Assembly (NCBI GenBank): GCA_964016885.1
Contig: OZ024764.1
Span: 2,852,001 to 2,916,000 of the forward strand
Source of the DNA: Eledone cirrhosa
Lineage: Eukaryota
Direction of reading: 5' to 3'
DNA length: 64,000 nucleotides
This document shows positions 23,601 through 38,600 of this stretch, in pieces. A program made the position numbers and the translations under genes. A model generated the notes under the pieces. The model was given only the letters and a program-made list of their open reading frames with translations. It was not told the DNA's origin and searched no databases. Position 1 is the stretch's first letter. Each line of letters begins with the position of its first letter.

Positions 23601-26600
23601 CTTCTCTCCCACACACTACAACTTATTCCTCTTATACACAGTTTCTCTCTCAACACACCACATGTCCATACCATCTCAGTCTTCACTCCCACACCACAAG
23701 TTATCCCTCTTATACACAGTTTCTCTCTCAACACATCACATGTCCATACCATCTCAGTCTTCTCTCCCACACACTACAAATTATCCCTCTTATACCCAGT
23801 TTCTCACTCAACACATCATATGTCCATACCATCTGTCTTCTCTCCCACACACTACAACTTATTCCTCTTATACACAGTTTCTCTCTCAACACACCACATG
23901 TCCATACCATCTCAGTCTTCTCTCCCACACCACAACTTATCCCTCTTATACACAGTTTCTCTCTCAACACATCACATGTCCATACCATCTCAGTCTTCTC
24001 TCCCACACACTACAACTTATCCCTCTTATACCCAGTCACTCTCTCAACACACCACATGTCCATACCATCTCAGTCTTCTTTCCCACACCACAACTTATCC
24101 CTCTTATACACAGTTTCTCTCTCAACACATCACATGTCCATACCATCTGTCTTCTCTCCCACACACTACAACTTATCCCTCTTATACACAGTTTCTCTCT
24201 CAACACACCACATGTCCATACCATCTCAGTCTTCTCTCCCACACACTACAACTTATCCCTCTTATACACAGTTTCTCTCTCAACTCATCACATGTCCGTA
24301 CCATCTCAGTCTTCTCTCCCACATACTACAGTTTATCCCTCTTATACACAGTTTCTCTCTCAACTCATCACATGTCCATACCATCTCAGTCTTCTCTCCC
24401 ACACACTACAACTTATCCCTCTTATACCCAGTTTCTCTCTCAACTCATCACATGTCCGTACCATCTCAGTCTTCTCTCCCACGCACCACAACTTATCCCT
24501 CTTATACACAGTTTCTCTCTCAACTCATCACATGTCCATACCATCTCAGTCTTCTCTCCCACACACTACAACTTATCTCTCTTATACCCATTTTCTCTCT
24601 CAACTCATCACATGTCCGTACCATCTCAGTCTTCTCTCCCACACACCACAACTTATCCCTCTTACACACAGTTTCTCCCTCAACTCATCACATGTCCATA
24701 CCATCTCAGTCTTCTCTCCCACACACTACAACTTATCCCTCTTATACCCAGTTTCTCTCTCAACTCATCACATGTCCGTACCATCTCAGTCTTCTCTCCC
24801 ACACACCACAACTTATCCCTCTTGTACACAGTTTCTCTCTCAACTCATCACATGTCCATACCATCTCAGTCTTCTCTCCCACACACTACAGTTTATCTCA
24901 CTTATACCCAGTTTCTCTCTCAACACATCACATGTCCATACCATTGCAGTCTTCTCTCCTGCACACCACAACTTATCCCTCTTATACCCAGTTTCTCTCT
25001 CAACACATCACATGTCCATACCATCTCAGTCTTCTCTCCCACACACTACAACTTATCCCTCTTATACCCAGTTTCTCTCTCAACACATCACATGTCCATA
25101 CCATCTCAGTCTTCTCTCCCACACACTACAACTTATCCCTCTTATACCCAGTTTCTCTCTCAACACATCACATGTCCATACCATCTCAGTCTTCTCTTCC
25201 ACATACTACAGTTTATCCCTCTTATACACAGTTTCTCTCTCAACACATCACATGTCCATACCATCTCAGTCTTCTCTCCCACACACTACAACTTATTCCT
25301 CTTATACACAGTTTCTCTCTCAACACATCACATGTCCATACCATCTCAGTCTTCTCTCCCACACACTACAACTTATCCCTCTTATACACAGTTTCTCTTT
25401 CAATACACCACATGTCTATACCATCTCAGTCTTCTCTCCTACACCACAACTTATCCCTCTTATACACAGTTTCTCTCTCAACACATCACATGTCCATACC
25501 ATCTCAGTCTTCTCTCCCACACACTACAACTTATTCCTCTTATACACAGTTTCTCTCTCAACACATCACATGTCCATACCATCTAAGTCTTCTCTCCCAC
25601 ACACTACAACTTATTCCTCTTATACACAGTTTCTCTCTCAACACATCACATGTCCATACCATCTGTCTTCTCTCCCACACACTACAACTTATTCCTCTTA
25701 TACACAGTTTCTCTCTCAACACATCACATGTCCATACCATCTGAGTCTTCTCTCCCACACACTACAACTTATTCCTCTTATACACAGTTTCTCTCTCAAC
25801 ACATCACATGTCCATACCATCTGTCTTCTCTCCCACACACTACAACTTATTCCTCTTATACACAGTTTCTCTCTCAACACATCACATGTCCATACCATCT
25901 GAGTCTTCTCCCCCACACACTACAACTTATTCCTCTTATACACAGTTTCTCTCTCAACACATCACATGTCCATACCATCTCAGTCTTCTCTCCCACACCA
26001 CAACTTATCCCTCTTATACACAGTTTCTCTCTCAACACATCACATGTCCATACCATCTCAGTCTTCTCTCCCACACACTACAACTTATCCCTCTTATACC
26101 CAGTCACTCTCTCAACACACCACATGTCCATACCATCTCAGTCTTCTCTCCCACACCACAACTTATCCCTCTTATACACAGTTTCTCTCTCAACACATCA
26201 CATGTCCATACCATCTGTCTTCTCTCCCACACACTACAACTTATTCCTCTTATACACAGTTTCTCTCTCAACACACCACATGTCCATACCATCTCAGTCT
26301 TCTCTCCCACACACCACAACTTATCCCTCTTATACACAGTTTCTCTCTCAACTCATCACATGTCCGTACCATCTCAGTCTTCTCTCTCAACTCATCACAT
26401 GTCCATACCATCTCAGTCTTCTCTCCCACACACTACAACTTATCCCTCTTATACCCAGTTTCTCTCTCAACTCATCACATGTCCGTACCATCTCAGTCTT
26501 CTCTCCCACGCACCACAACTTATCCCTCTTATACACAGTTTCTCTCTCAACTCATCACATGTCCATACCATCTCAGTCTTCTCTCCCACACACTACAACT

Positions 26601-29600
26601 TATCCCTCTTATACCCATTTTCTCTCTCAACTCATCACATGTCCGTACCATCTCAGTCTTCTCTCCCACACACCACAACTTATCCCTCTTACACACAGTT
26701 TCTCCCTCAACTCATCACATGTCCATACCATCTCAGTCTTCTCTCCCACACACTACAACTTATCCCTCTTATACCCAGTTTCTCTCTCAACTCATCACAT
26801 GTCCGTACCATCTCAGTCTTCTCTCCCACACACCACAACTTATCCCTCTTGTACACAGTTTCTCTCTCAACTCATCACATGTCCATACCATCTCAGTCTT
26901 CTCTCCCACACACTACAGTTTATCTCACTTATACCCAGTTTCTCTCTCAACACATCACATGTCCATACCATTGCAGTCTTCTCTCCTGCACACCACAACT
27001 TATCCCTCTTATACCCAGTTTCTCTCTCAACACATCACATGTCCATACCATCTCAGTCTTCTCTCCCACACACTACAACTTATCCCTCTTATACCCAGTT
27101 TCTCTCTCAACACATCACATGTCCATACCATCTCAGTCTTCTCTCCCACACACTACAACTTATCCCTCTTATACCCAGTTTCTCTCTCAACACATCACAT
27201 GTCCATACCATCTCAGTCTTCTCTTCCACATACTACAGTTTATCCCTCTTATACACAGTTTCTCTCTCAACACATCACATGTCCATACCATCTCAGTCTT
27301 CTCTCCCACACACTACAACTTATTCCTCTTATACACAGTTTCTCTCTCAACACATCACATGTCCATACCATCTCAGTCTTCTCTCCCACACACTACAACT
27401 TATCCCTCTTATACACAGTTTCTCTTTCAATACACCACATGTCCATACCATCTCAGTCTTCTCTCCCACACACTACAACTTATTCCTCTTATACACAGTT
27501 TCTCTCTCAACACATCACATGTCCATACCATCTCAGTCTTCTCTCCCACACACTACAACTTATCCCTCTTATACTCAGTTTCTCTCTCAACACATCATAT
27601 GTCCATACCATCTGTCTTCTCTCCCACACACTACAACTTATTTATTCCTCTTATACACAGTTTCTCTCTCAACACACCACATGTCCATACCATCTCAGTC
27701 TTCTCTACCACACCTCAACTTATCCCTCTTATACACAGTTTCTCTCTCAACACATCACATGTCCATACCATCTGTCTTCTCTCCCACACACTACAACTTA
27801 TTCCTCTTATACACAGTTTCTCTCTCAACACACCACATGTCCATACCATCTCAGTCTTCTCTCCCACACACCACAACTTATCCCTCTTATACACAGTTTC
27901 TCTCTCAACTCATCACATGTCCGTACCATCTCAGTCTTCTCTCCCACATACTACAGTTTATCCCTCTTATACACAGTTTCTCTCTCAACTCATCACATGT
28001 CCATACCATCTCAGTCTTCTCTCCCACACACTACAACTTATCCCTCTTATACCCAGTTTCTCTCTCAACTCATCACATGTCCGTACCATCTCAGTCTTCT
28101 CTCCCACGCACCACAACTTATCCCTCTTATACACAGTTTCTCTCTCAACTCATCACATGTCCATACCATCTCAGTCTTCTCTCCCACACACTACAACTTA
28201 TCCCTCTTATACCCATTTTCTCTCTCAACTCATCACATGTCCGTACCATCTCAGTCTTCTCTCCCACACACCACAACTTATCCCTCTTACACACAGTTTC
28301 TCCCTCAACTCATCACATGTCCATACCATCTCAGTCTTCTCTCCCACACACTACAACTTATCCCTCTTATACCCAGTTTCTCTCTCAACTCATCACATGT
28401 CCGTACCATCTCAGTCTTCTCTCCCACACACCACAACTTATCCCTCTTGTACACAGTTTCTCTCTCAACTCATCACATGTCCATACCATCTCAGTCTTCT
28501 CTCCCACTCACTACAACTTATCCCTCTTATACCCAATTTCTCTCTCAACTCATCACATGTCCATAACATCTCAGTCTTCTCTGCCACACACCACAACTTA
28601 TCCCTCTTATACACAGTTTCTCTCTCAACTCATCACATGTCCGTACCATCTCAGTCTTCTCTCCCACACACTACAGTTTATCTCACTTATACCCAGTTTC
28701 TCTCTCAACACATCACATGTCCATACCATTGCAGTCTTCTCTCCTGCACACCACAACTTATCCCTCTTATACCCAGTTTCTCTCTCAACACATCACATGT
28801 CCATACCATCTCAGTCTTCTCTCCCACACACTACAACTTATTCCTCTTATACACAGTTTCTCTCTCAACACATCACATGTCCATACCATCTCAGTCTTCT
28901 CTCCCACACACTACAACTTATCCCTCTTATACACAGTTTCTCTCTCAATACACCACATGTCCATACCATCTCAGTCTTCTCTCCTACACCACAACTTATC
29001 CCTCTTATACACAGTTTCTCTCTCAACACATCACATGTCCATACCATCTCAGTCTTCTCTCCCACACACTACAACTTATCCCTCTTATACACAGTTTCTC
29101 TCTCAACTCATCACATGTCCATACCATCTCAGTCTTTTCTCCCACACACTACAACTTATTCCTCTTATACACAGTTTCTCTCTCAACACACCACATGTCC
29201 ATACCATCTCAGTCTTCTCTCCCACACACTACAACTTATTCCTCTTATACCCAGTTTCTCTCTCAACACACCACATGTCCATACCATCTCAGTCTTCTCT
29301 CCCACACACTACAACTTATTCCTCTTATACACAGTTTCTCTCTCAACACATCACATGTCCATACCATCTCAGTCTTCTTTCCCACACACTACAACTTATT
29401 CCTCTTATACACAGTTTCTCTCTCAACACATCACATGTCCATACCATCTCAGTCTTCTCTCCCACACACTACAACTTATTCCTCTTATACACAGTTTCTC
29501 TCTCAACACACCACATGTCCATACCATCTCAGTCTTCACTCCCACACCACAAGTTATCCCTCTTATACACAGTTTCTCTCTCAACACATCACATGTCCAT

Positions 29601-32600
29601 ACCATCTCAGTCTTCTCTCCCACACACTACAACTTATTCCTCTTATACACAGTTTCTCTCTCAACACATCACATGTCCATACCATCTCAGTCTTCTCTCC
29701 CACACACTACAACTTATCCCTCTTATACCCAGTTTCTCACTCAACACATCATATGTCCATACCATCTGTCTTCTCTCCCACACACTACAACTTATTCCTC
29801 TTATACACAGTTTCTCTCTCAACACACCACATGTCCATACCATCTCAGTCTTCTCTCCCACACACTACAACTTATCCCTCTTATACACAGTTTCTCTCTC
29901 AACTCATCACATGTCCGTACCATCTCAGTCTTCTCTCCCACATACTACAGTTTATCCCTCTTATACACAGTTTCTCTCTCAACTCATCACATGTCCATAC
30001 CATCTCAGTCTTCTCTCCCACACACCACAACTTATCCCTCTTACACACAGTTTCTCCCTCAACTCATCACATGTCCATACCATCTCAGTCTTCTCTCCCA
30101 CACACTACAACTTATCCCTCTTATACCCAGTTTCTCTCTCAACTCATCACATGTCCGTACCATCTCAGTCTTCTCTCCCACACACCACAACTTATCCCTC
30201 TTGTACACAGTTTCTCTCTCAACTCATCACATGTCCATACCATCTCAGTCTTCTCTCCCACACACTACAGTTTATCTCACTTATACCCAGTTTCTCTCTC
30301 AACACATCACATGTCCATACCATTGCAGTCTTCTCTCCTGCACACCACAACTTATCCCTCTTATACCCAGTTTCTCTCTCAACACATCACATGTCCATAC
30401 CATCTCAGTCTTCTCTCCCACACACTACAACTTATCCCTCTTATACCCAGTTTCTCTCTCAACACATCACATGTCCATACCATCTCAGTCTTCTCTCCCA
30501 CACACTACAACTTATCCCTCTTATACCCAGTTTCTCTCTCAACACATCACATGTCCATACCATCTCAGTCTTCTCTTCCACATACTACAGTTTATCCCTC
30601 TTATACACAGTTTCTCTCTCAACACATCACATGTCCATACCATCTCAGTCTTCTCTCCCACACACTACAACTTATTCCTCTTATACACAGTTTCTCTCTC
30701 AACACATCACATGTCCATACCATCTCAGTCTTCTCTCCCACACACTACAACTTATCCCTCTTATACACAGTTTCTCTTTCAATACACCACATGTCTATAC
30801 CATCTCAGTCTTCTCTCCTACACCACAACTTATCCCTCTTATACACAGTTTCTCTCTCAACACATCACATGTCCATACCATCTCAGTCTTCTCTCCCACA
30901 CACTACAACTTATTCCTCTTATACACAGTTTCTCTCTCAACACATCACATGTCCATACCATCTAAGTCTTCTCTCCCACACACTACAACTTATTCCTCTT
31001 ATACACAGTTTCTCTCTCAACACATCACATGTCCATACCATCTGTCTTCTCCCCCACACACTACAACTTATTCCTCTTATACACAGTTTCTCTCTCAACA
31101 CATCACATGTCCATACCATCTGAGTCTTCTCTCCCACACACTACAACTTATTCCTCTTATACACAGTTTCTCTCTCAACACATCACATGTCCATACCATC
31201 TGTCTTCTCTCCCACACACTACAACTTATTCCTCTTATACACAGTTTCTCTCTCAACACATCACATGTCCATACCATCTGAGTCTTCTCTCCCACACACT
31301 ACAACTTATTCCTCTTATACACAGTTTCTCTCTCAACACATCACATGTCCATACCATCTCAGTCTTCTCTCCCACACCACAACTTATCCCTCTTATACAC
31401 AGTTTCTCTCTCAACACATCACATGTCCATACCATCTCAGTCTTCTCTCCCACACACTACAACTTATCCCTCTTATACCCAGTCACTCTCTCAACACACC
31501 ACATGTCCATACCATCTCAGTCTTCTCTCCCACACCACAACTTATCCCTCTTATACACAGTTTCTCTCTCAACACATCACATGTCCATACCATCTGTCTT
31601 CTCTCCCACACACTACAACTTATTCCTCTTATACACAGTTTCTCTCTCAACACACCACATGTCCATACCATCTCAGTCTTCTCTCCCACACACCACAACT
31701 TATCCCTCTTATACACAGTTTCTCTCTCAACTCATCACATGTCCGTACCATCTCAGTCTTCTCTCCCACATACTACAGTTTATCCCTCTTATACACAGTT
31801 TCTCTCTCAACTCATCACATGTCCATACCATCTCAGTCTTCTCTCCCACACACTACAACTTATCCCTCTTATACCCAGTTTCTCTCTCAACTCATCACAT
31901 GTCCGTACCATCTCAGTCTTCTCTCCCACGCACCACAACTTATCCCTCTTATACACAGTTTCTCTCTCAACTCATCACATGTCCATACCATCTCAGTCTT
32001 CTCTCCCACACACTACAACTTATCCCTCTTATACCCATTTTCTCTCTCAACTCATCACATGTCCGTACCATCTCAGTCTTCTCTCCCACACACCACAACT
32101 TATCCCTCTTACACACAGTTTCTCCCTCAACTCATCACATGTCCATACCATCTCAGTCTTCTCTCCCACACACTACAACTTATCCCTCTTATACCCAGTT
32201 TCTCTCTCAACTCATCACATGTCCGTACCATCTCAGTCTTCTCTCCCACACACCACAACTTATCCCTCTTGTACACAGTTTCTCTCTCAACTCATCACAT
32301 GTCCATACCATCTCAGTCTTCTCTCCCACACACTACAGTTTATCTCACTTATACCCAGTTTCTCTCTCAACACATCACATGTCCATACCATTGCAGTCTT
32401 CTCTCCTGCACACCACAACTTATCCCTCTTATACCCAGTTTCTCTCTCAACACATCACATGTCCATACCATCTCAGTCTTCTCTCCCACACACTACAACT
32501 TATCCCTCTTATACCCAGTTTCTCTCTCAACACATCACATGTCCATACCATCTCAGTCTTCTCTCCCACACACTACAACTTATCCCTCTTATACCCAGTT

Positions 32601-35600
32601 TCTCTCTCAACACATCACATGTCCATACCATCTCAGTCTTCTCTTCCACATACTACAGTTTATCCCTCTTATACACAGTTTCTCTCTCAACACATCACAT
32701 GTCCATACCATCTCAGTCTTCTCTCCCACACACTACAACTTATTCCTCTTATACACAGTTTCTCTCTCAACACATCACATGTCCATACCATCTCAGTCTT
32801 CTCTCCCACACACTACAACTTATCCCTCTTATACACAGTTTCTCTTTCAATACACCACATGTCCATACCATCTCAGTCTTCTCTCCTACACCACAACTTA
32901 TCCCTCTTATACACAGTTTCTCTCTCAACACACCACATGTCCATACCATCTCAGTCTTCTCTCCCACACCACAAGTTATCCCTCTTATACACAGTTTCTC
33001 TCTCAACACATCACATGTCCATACCATCTCAGTCTTCTCTCCCACACACTACAACTTATTCCTCTTATACACAGTTTCTCTCTCAACACATCACATGTCC
33101 ATACCATCTCAGTCTTCTCTCCCACACACTACAACTTATCCCTCTTATACCCAGTTTCTCTCTCAACACATCATATGTCCATACCATCTGTCTTCTCTCC
33201 CACACACTACAACTTATTCCTCTTATACACAGTTTCTCTCTCAACACACCACATGTCCATACCATCTCAGTCTTCTCTCCCACACCTCAACTTATCCCTC
33301 TTATACACAGTTTCTCTCTCAACACATCACATGTCCATACCATCTGTCTTCTCTCCCACACACTACAACTTATTCCTCTTATACACAGTTTCTCTCTCAA
33401 CACACCACATGTCCATACCATCTCAGTCTTCTCTCCCACACACCACAACTTATCCCTCTTATACACAGTTTCTCTCTCAACTCATCACATGTCCGTACCA
33501 TCTCAGTCTTCTCTCCCACATACTACAGTTTATCCCTCTTATACACAGTTTCTCTCTCAACTCATCACATGTCCATACCATCTCAGTCTTCTCTCCCACA
33601 CACTACAACTTATCCCTCTTATACCCAGTTTCTCTCTCAACTCATCACATGTCCGTACCATCTCAGTCTTCTCTCCCACGCACCACAACTTATCCCTCTT
33701 ATACACAGTTTCTCTCTCAACTCATCACATGTCCATACCATCTCAGTCTTCTCTCCCACACACTACAACTTATCCCTCTTATACCCATTTTCTCTCTCAA
33801 CTCATCACATGTCCGTACCATCTCAGTCTTCTCTCCCACACACCACAACTTATCCCTCTTACACACAGTTTCTCCCTCAACTCATCACATGTCCATACCA
33901 TCTCAGTCTTCTCTCCCACACACTACAACTTATCCCTCTTATACCCAGTTTCTCTCTCAACTCATCACATGTCCGTACCATCTCAGTCTTCTCTCCCACA
34001 CACCACAACTTATCCCTCTTGTACACAGTTTCTCTCTCAACTCATCACATGTCCATACCATCTCAGTCTTCTCTCCCACTCACTACAACTTATCCCTCTT
34101 ATACCCAATTTCTCTCTCAACTCATCACATGTCCATAACATCTCAGTCTTCTCTGCCACACACCACAACTTATCCCTCTTATACACAGTTTCTCTCTCAA
34201 CTCATCACATGTCCGTACCATCTCAGTCTTCTCTCCCACACACTACAGTTTATCTCACTTATACCCAGTTTCTCTCTCAACACATCACATGTCCATACCA
34301 TTGCAGTCTTCTCTCCTGCACACCACAACTTATCCCTCTTATACCCAGTTTCTCTCTCAACACATCACATGTCCATACCATCTCAGTCTTCTCTCCCACA
34401 CACTACAACTTATTCCTCTTATACACAGTTTCTCTCTCAACACATCACATGTCCATACCATCTCAGTCTTCTCTCCCACACACTACAACTTATCCCTCTT
34501 ATACACAGTTTCTCTCTCAATACACCACATGTCCATACCATCTCAGTCTTCTCTCCTACACCACAACTTATCCCTCTTATACACAGTTTCTCTCTCAACA
34601 CATCACATGTCCATACCATCTCAGTCTTCTCTCCCACACACTACAACTTATCCCTCTTATACACAGTTTCTCTCTCAACTCATCACATGTCCATACCATC
34701 TCAGTCTTTTCTCCCACACACTACAACTTATTCCTCTTATACACAGTTTCTCTCTCAACACACCACATGTCCATACCATCTCAGTCTTCTCTCCCACACA
34801 CTACAACTTATTCCTCTTATACCCAGTTTCTCTCTCAACACACCACATGTCCATACCATCTCAGTCTTCTCTCCCACACACTACAACTTATTCCTCTTAT
34901 ACACAGTTTCTCTCTCAACACATCACATGTCCATACCATCTCAGTCTTCTTTCCCACACACTACAACTTATTCCTCTTATACACAGTTTCTCTCTCAACA
35001 CATCACATGTCCATACCATCTCAGTCTTCTCTCCCACACACTACAACTTATTCCTCTTATACACAGTTTCTCTCTCAACACACCACATGTCCATACCATC
35101 TCAGTCTTCACTCCCACACCACAAGTTATCCCTCTTATACACAGTTTCTCTCTCAACACATCACATGTCCATACCATCTCAGTCTTCTCTCCCACACACT
35201 ACAACTTATTCCTCTTATACACAGTTTCTCTCTCAACACATCACATGTCCATACCATCTCAGTCTTCTCTCCCACACACTACAACTTATCCCTCTTATAC
35301 CCAGTTTCTCACTCAACACATCATATGTCCATACCATCTGTCTTCTCTCCCACACACTACAACTTATTCCTCTTATACACAGTTTCTCTCTCAACACACC
35401 ACATGTCCATACCATCTCAGTCTTCTCTCCCACACCACAACTTATCCCTCTTATACACAGTTTCTCTCTCAACACATCACATGTCCATACCATCTCAGTC
35501 TTCTCTCCCACACACTACAACTTATCCCTCTTATACCCAGTCACTCTCTCAACACACCACATGTCCATACCATCTCAGTCTTCTTTCCCACACCACAACT

Positions 35601-38600
35601 TATCCCTCTTATACACAGTTTCTCTCTCAACACATCACATGTCCATACCATCTGTCTTCTCTCCCACACACTACAACTTATCCCTCTTATACACAGTTTC
35701 TCTCTCAACACACCACATGTCCATACCATCTCAGTCTTCTCTCCCACACACTACAACTTATCCCTCTTATACACAGTTTCTCTCTCAACTCATCACATGT
35801 CCGTACCATCTCAGTCTTCTCTCCCACATACTACAGTTTATCCCTCTTATACACAGTTTCTCTCTCAACTCATCACATGTCCATACCATCTCAGTCTTCT
35901 CTCCCACACACTACAACTTATCCCTCTTATACCCAGTTTCTCTCTCAACTCATCACATGTCCGTACCATCTCAGTCTTCTCTCCCACGCACCACAACTTA
36001 TCCCTCTTATACACAGTTTCTCTCTCAACTCATCACATGTCCATACCATCTCAGTCTTCTCTCCCACACACTACAACTTATCTCTCTTATACCCATTTTC
36101 TCTCTCAACTCATCACATGTCCGTACCATCTCAGTCTTCTCTCCCACACACCACAACTTATCCCTCTTACACACAGTTTCTCCCTCAACTCATCACATGT
36201 CCATACCATCTCAGTCTTCTCTCCCACACACTACAACTTATCCCTCTTATACCCAGTTTCTCTCTCAACTCATCACATGTCCGTACCATCTCAGTCTTCT
36301 CTCCCACACACCACAACTTATCCCTCTTGTACACAGTTTCTCTCTCAACTCATCACATGTCCATACCATCTCAGTCTTCTCTCCCACACACTACAGTTTA
36401 TCTCACTTATACCCAGTTTCTCTCTCAACACATCACATGTCCATACCATTGCAGTCTTCTCTCCTGCACACCACAACTTATCCCTCTTATACCCAGTTTC
36501 TCTCTCAACACATCACATGTCCATACCATCTCAGTCTTCTCTCCCACACACTACAACTTATCCCTCTTATACCCAGTTTCTCTCTCAACACATCACATGT
36601 CCATACCATCTCAGTCTTCTCTCCCACACACTACAACTTATCCCTCTTATACCCAGTTTCTCTCTCAACACATCACATGTCCATACCATCTCAGTCTTCT
36701 CTTCCACATACTACAGTTTATCCCTCTTATACACAGTTTCTCTCTCAACACATCACATGTCCATACCATCTCAGTCTTCTCTCCCACACACTACAACTTA
36801 TTCCTCTTATACACAGTTTCTCTCTCAACACATCACATGTCCATACCATCTCAGTCTTCTCTCCCACACACTACAACTTATCCCTCTTATACACAGTTTC
36901 TCTTTCAATACACCACATGTCTATACCATCTCAGTCTTCTCTCCTACACCACAACTTATCCCTCTTATACACAGTTTCTCTCTCAACACATCACATGTCC
37001 ATACCATCTCAGTCTTCTCTCCCACACACTACAACTTATTCCTCTTATACACAGTTTCTCTCTCAACACATCACATGTCCATACCATCTCAGTCTTCTCT
37101 CCCACACACTACAACTTATTCCTCTTATACACAGTTTCTCTCTCAACACATCACATGTCCATACCATCTGTCTTCTCTCCCACACACTACAACTTATTCC
37201 TCTTATACACAGTTTCTCTCTCAACACATCACATGTCCATACCATCTGAGTCTTCTCTCCCACACACTACAACTTATTCCTCTTATACACAGTTTCTCTC
37301 TCAACACATCACATGTCCATACCATCTGTCTTCTCTCCCACACACTACAACTTATTCCTCTTATACACAGTTTCTCTCTCAACACATCACATGTCCATAC
37401 CATCTGAGTCTTCTCTCCCACACACTACAACTTATTCCTCTTATACACAGTTTCTCTCTCAACACATCACATGTCCATACCATCTCAGTCTTCTCTCCCA
37501 CACACTACAACTTATTCCTCTTATACACAGTTTCTCTCTCAACACATCACATGTCCATACCATCTCAGTCTTCTCTCCCACACACTACAACTTATCCCTC
37601 TTATACACAGTTTCTCTCTCAATACACCACATGTCCATACCATCTCAGTCTTCTCTCCCACACCACAACTTATCTCTCTTATAGACAGTTTCTCTCTCAA
37701 CACATCACATGTCCATACCATCTCAGTCTTCTCTCCCACACACTACAACTTATTCCTCTGATACACAGTTTCTCTCTCAACACATCACATGTCCATACCA
37801 TCTGAGTCTTCTCTCCCACACACTACAACTTATTCCTCTTATACACAGTTTCTCTCTCAACTCATCACATGTCCGTACCATCTCAGTCTTCTCTCCCACA
37901 TACTACAGTTTATCCCTCTTATACACAGTTTCTCTCTCAACTCATCACATGTCCATACCATCTCAGTCTTCTCTCCCACACACTACAACTTATCCCTCTT
38001 ATACCCAGTTTCTCTCTCAACTCATCACATGTCCGTACCATCTCAGTCTTCTCTCCCACGCACCAAAACTTATCCCTCTTATACACAGTTTCTCTCTCAA
38101 CTCATCACATGTCCATACCATCTCAGTCTTCTCTCCCACACACTACAACTTATCCCTCTTATACCCATTTTCTCTCTCAACTCATCACATGTCCGTACCA
38201 TCTCAGTATTCTCTCCCACACACCAGAACTTATCCCTCTTATACACAGTTTCTCCCTCAACTCATCACATGTCCATACCATCTCAGTCTTCTCTCCCACA
38301 CACTACAACTTATCCCTCTTATACCCAGTTTCTCTCTCAACTCATCACATGTCCGTACCATCTCAGTCTTCTCTCCCACACACCACAACTTATCCCTCTT
38401 GTACACAGTTTCTCTCTCAACTCATCACATGTCCATACCATCTCAGTCTTCTCTCCCACACACTACAACTTATCCCTCTTATACCCAATTTCTCTCTCAA
38501 CTCATCACATGTCCATAACATCTCAGTCTTCTCTCCCACACACCACAACTTATCCCTCTTATACACAGTTTCTCTCTCAACTCATCACATGTCCGTACCA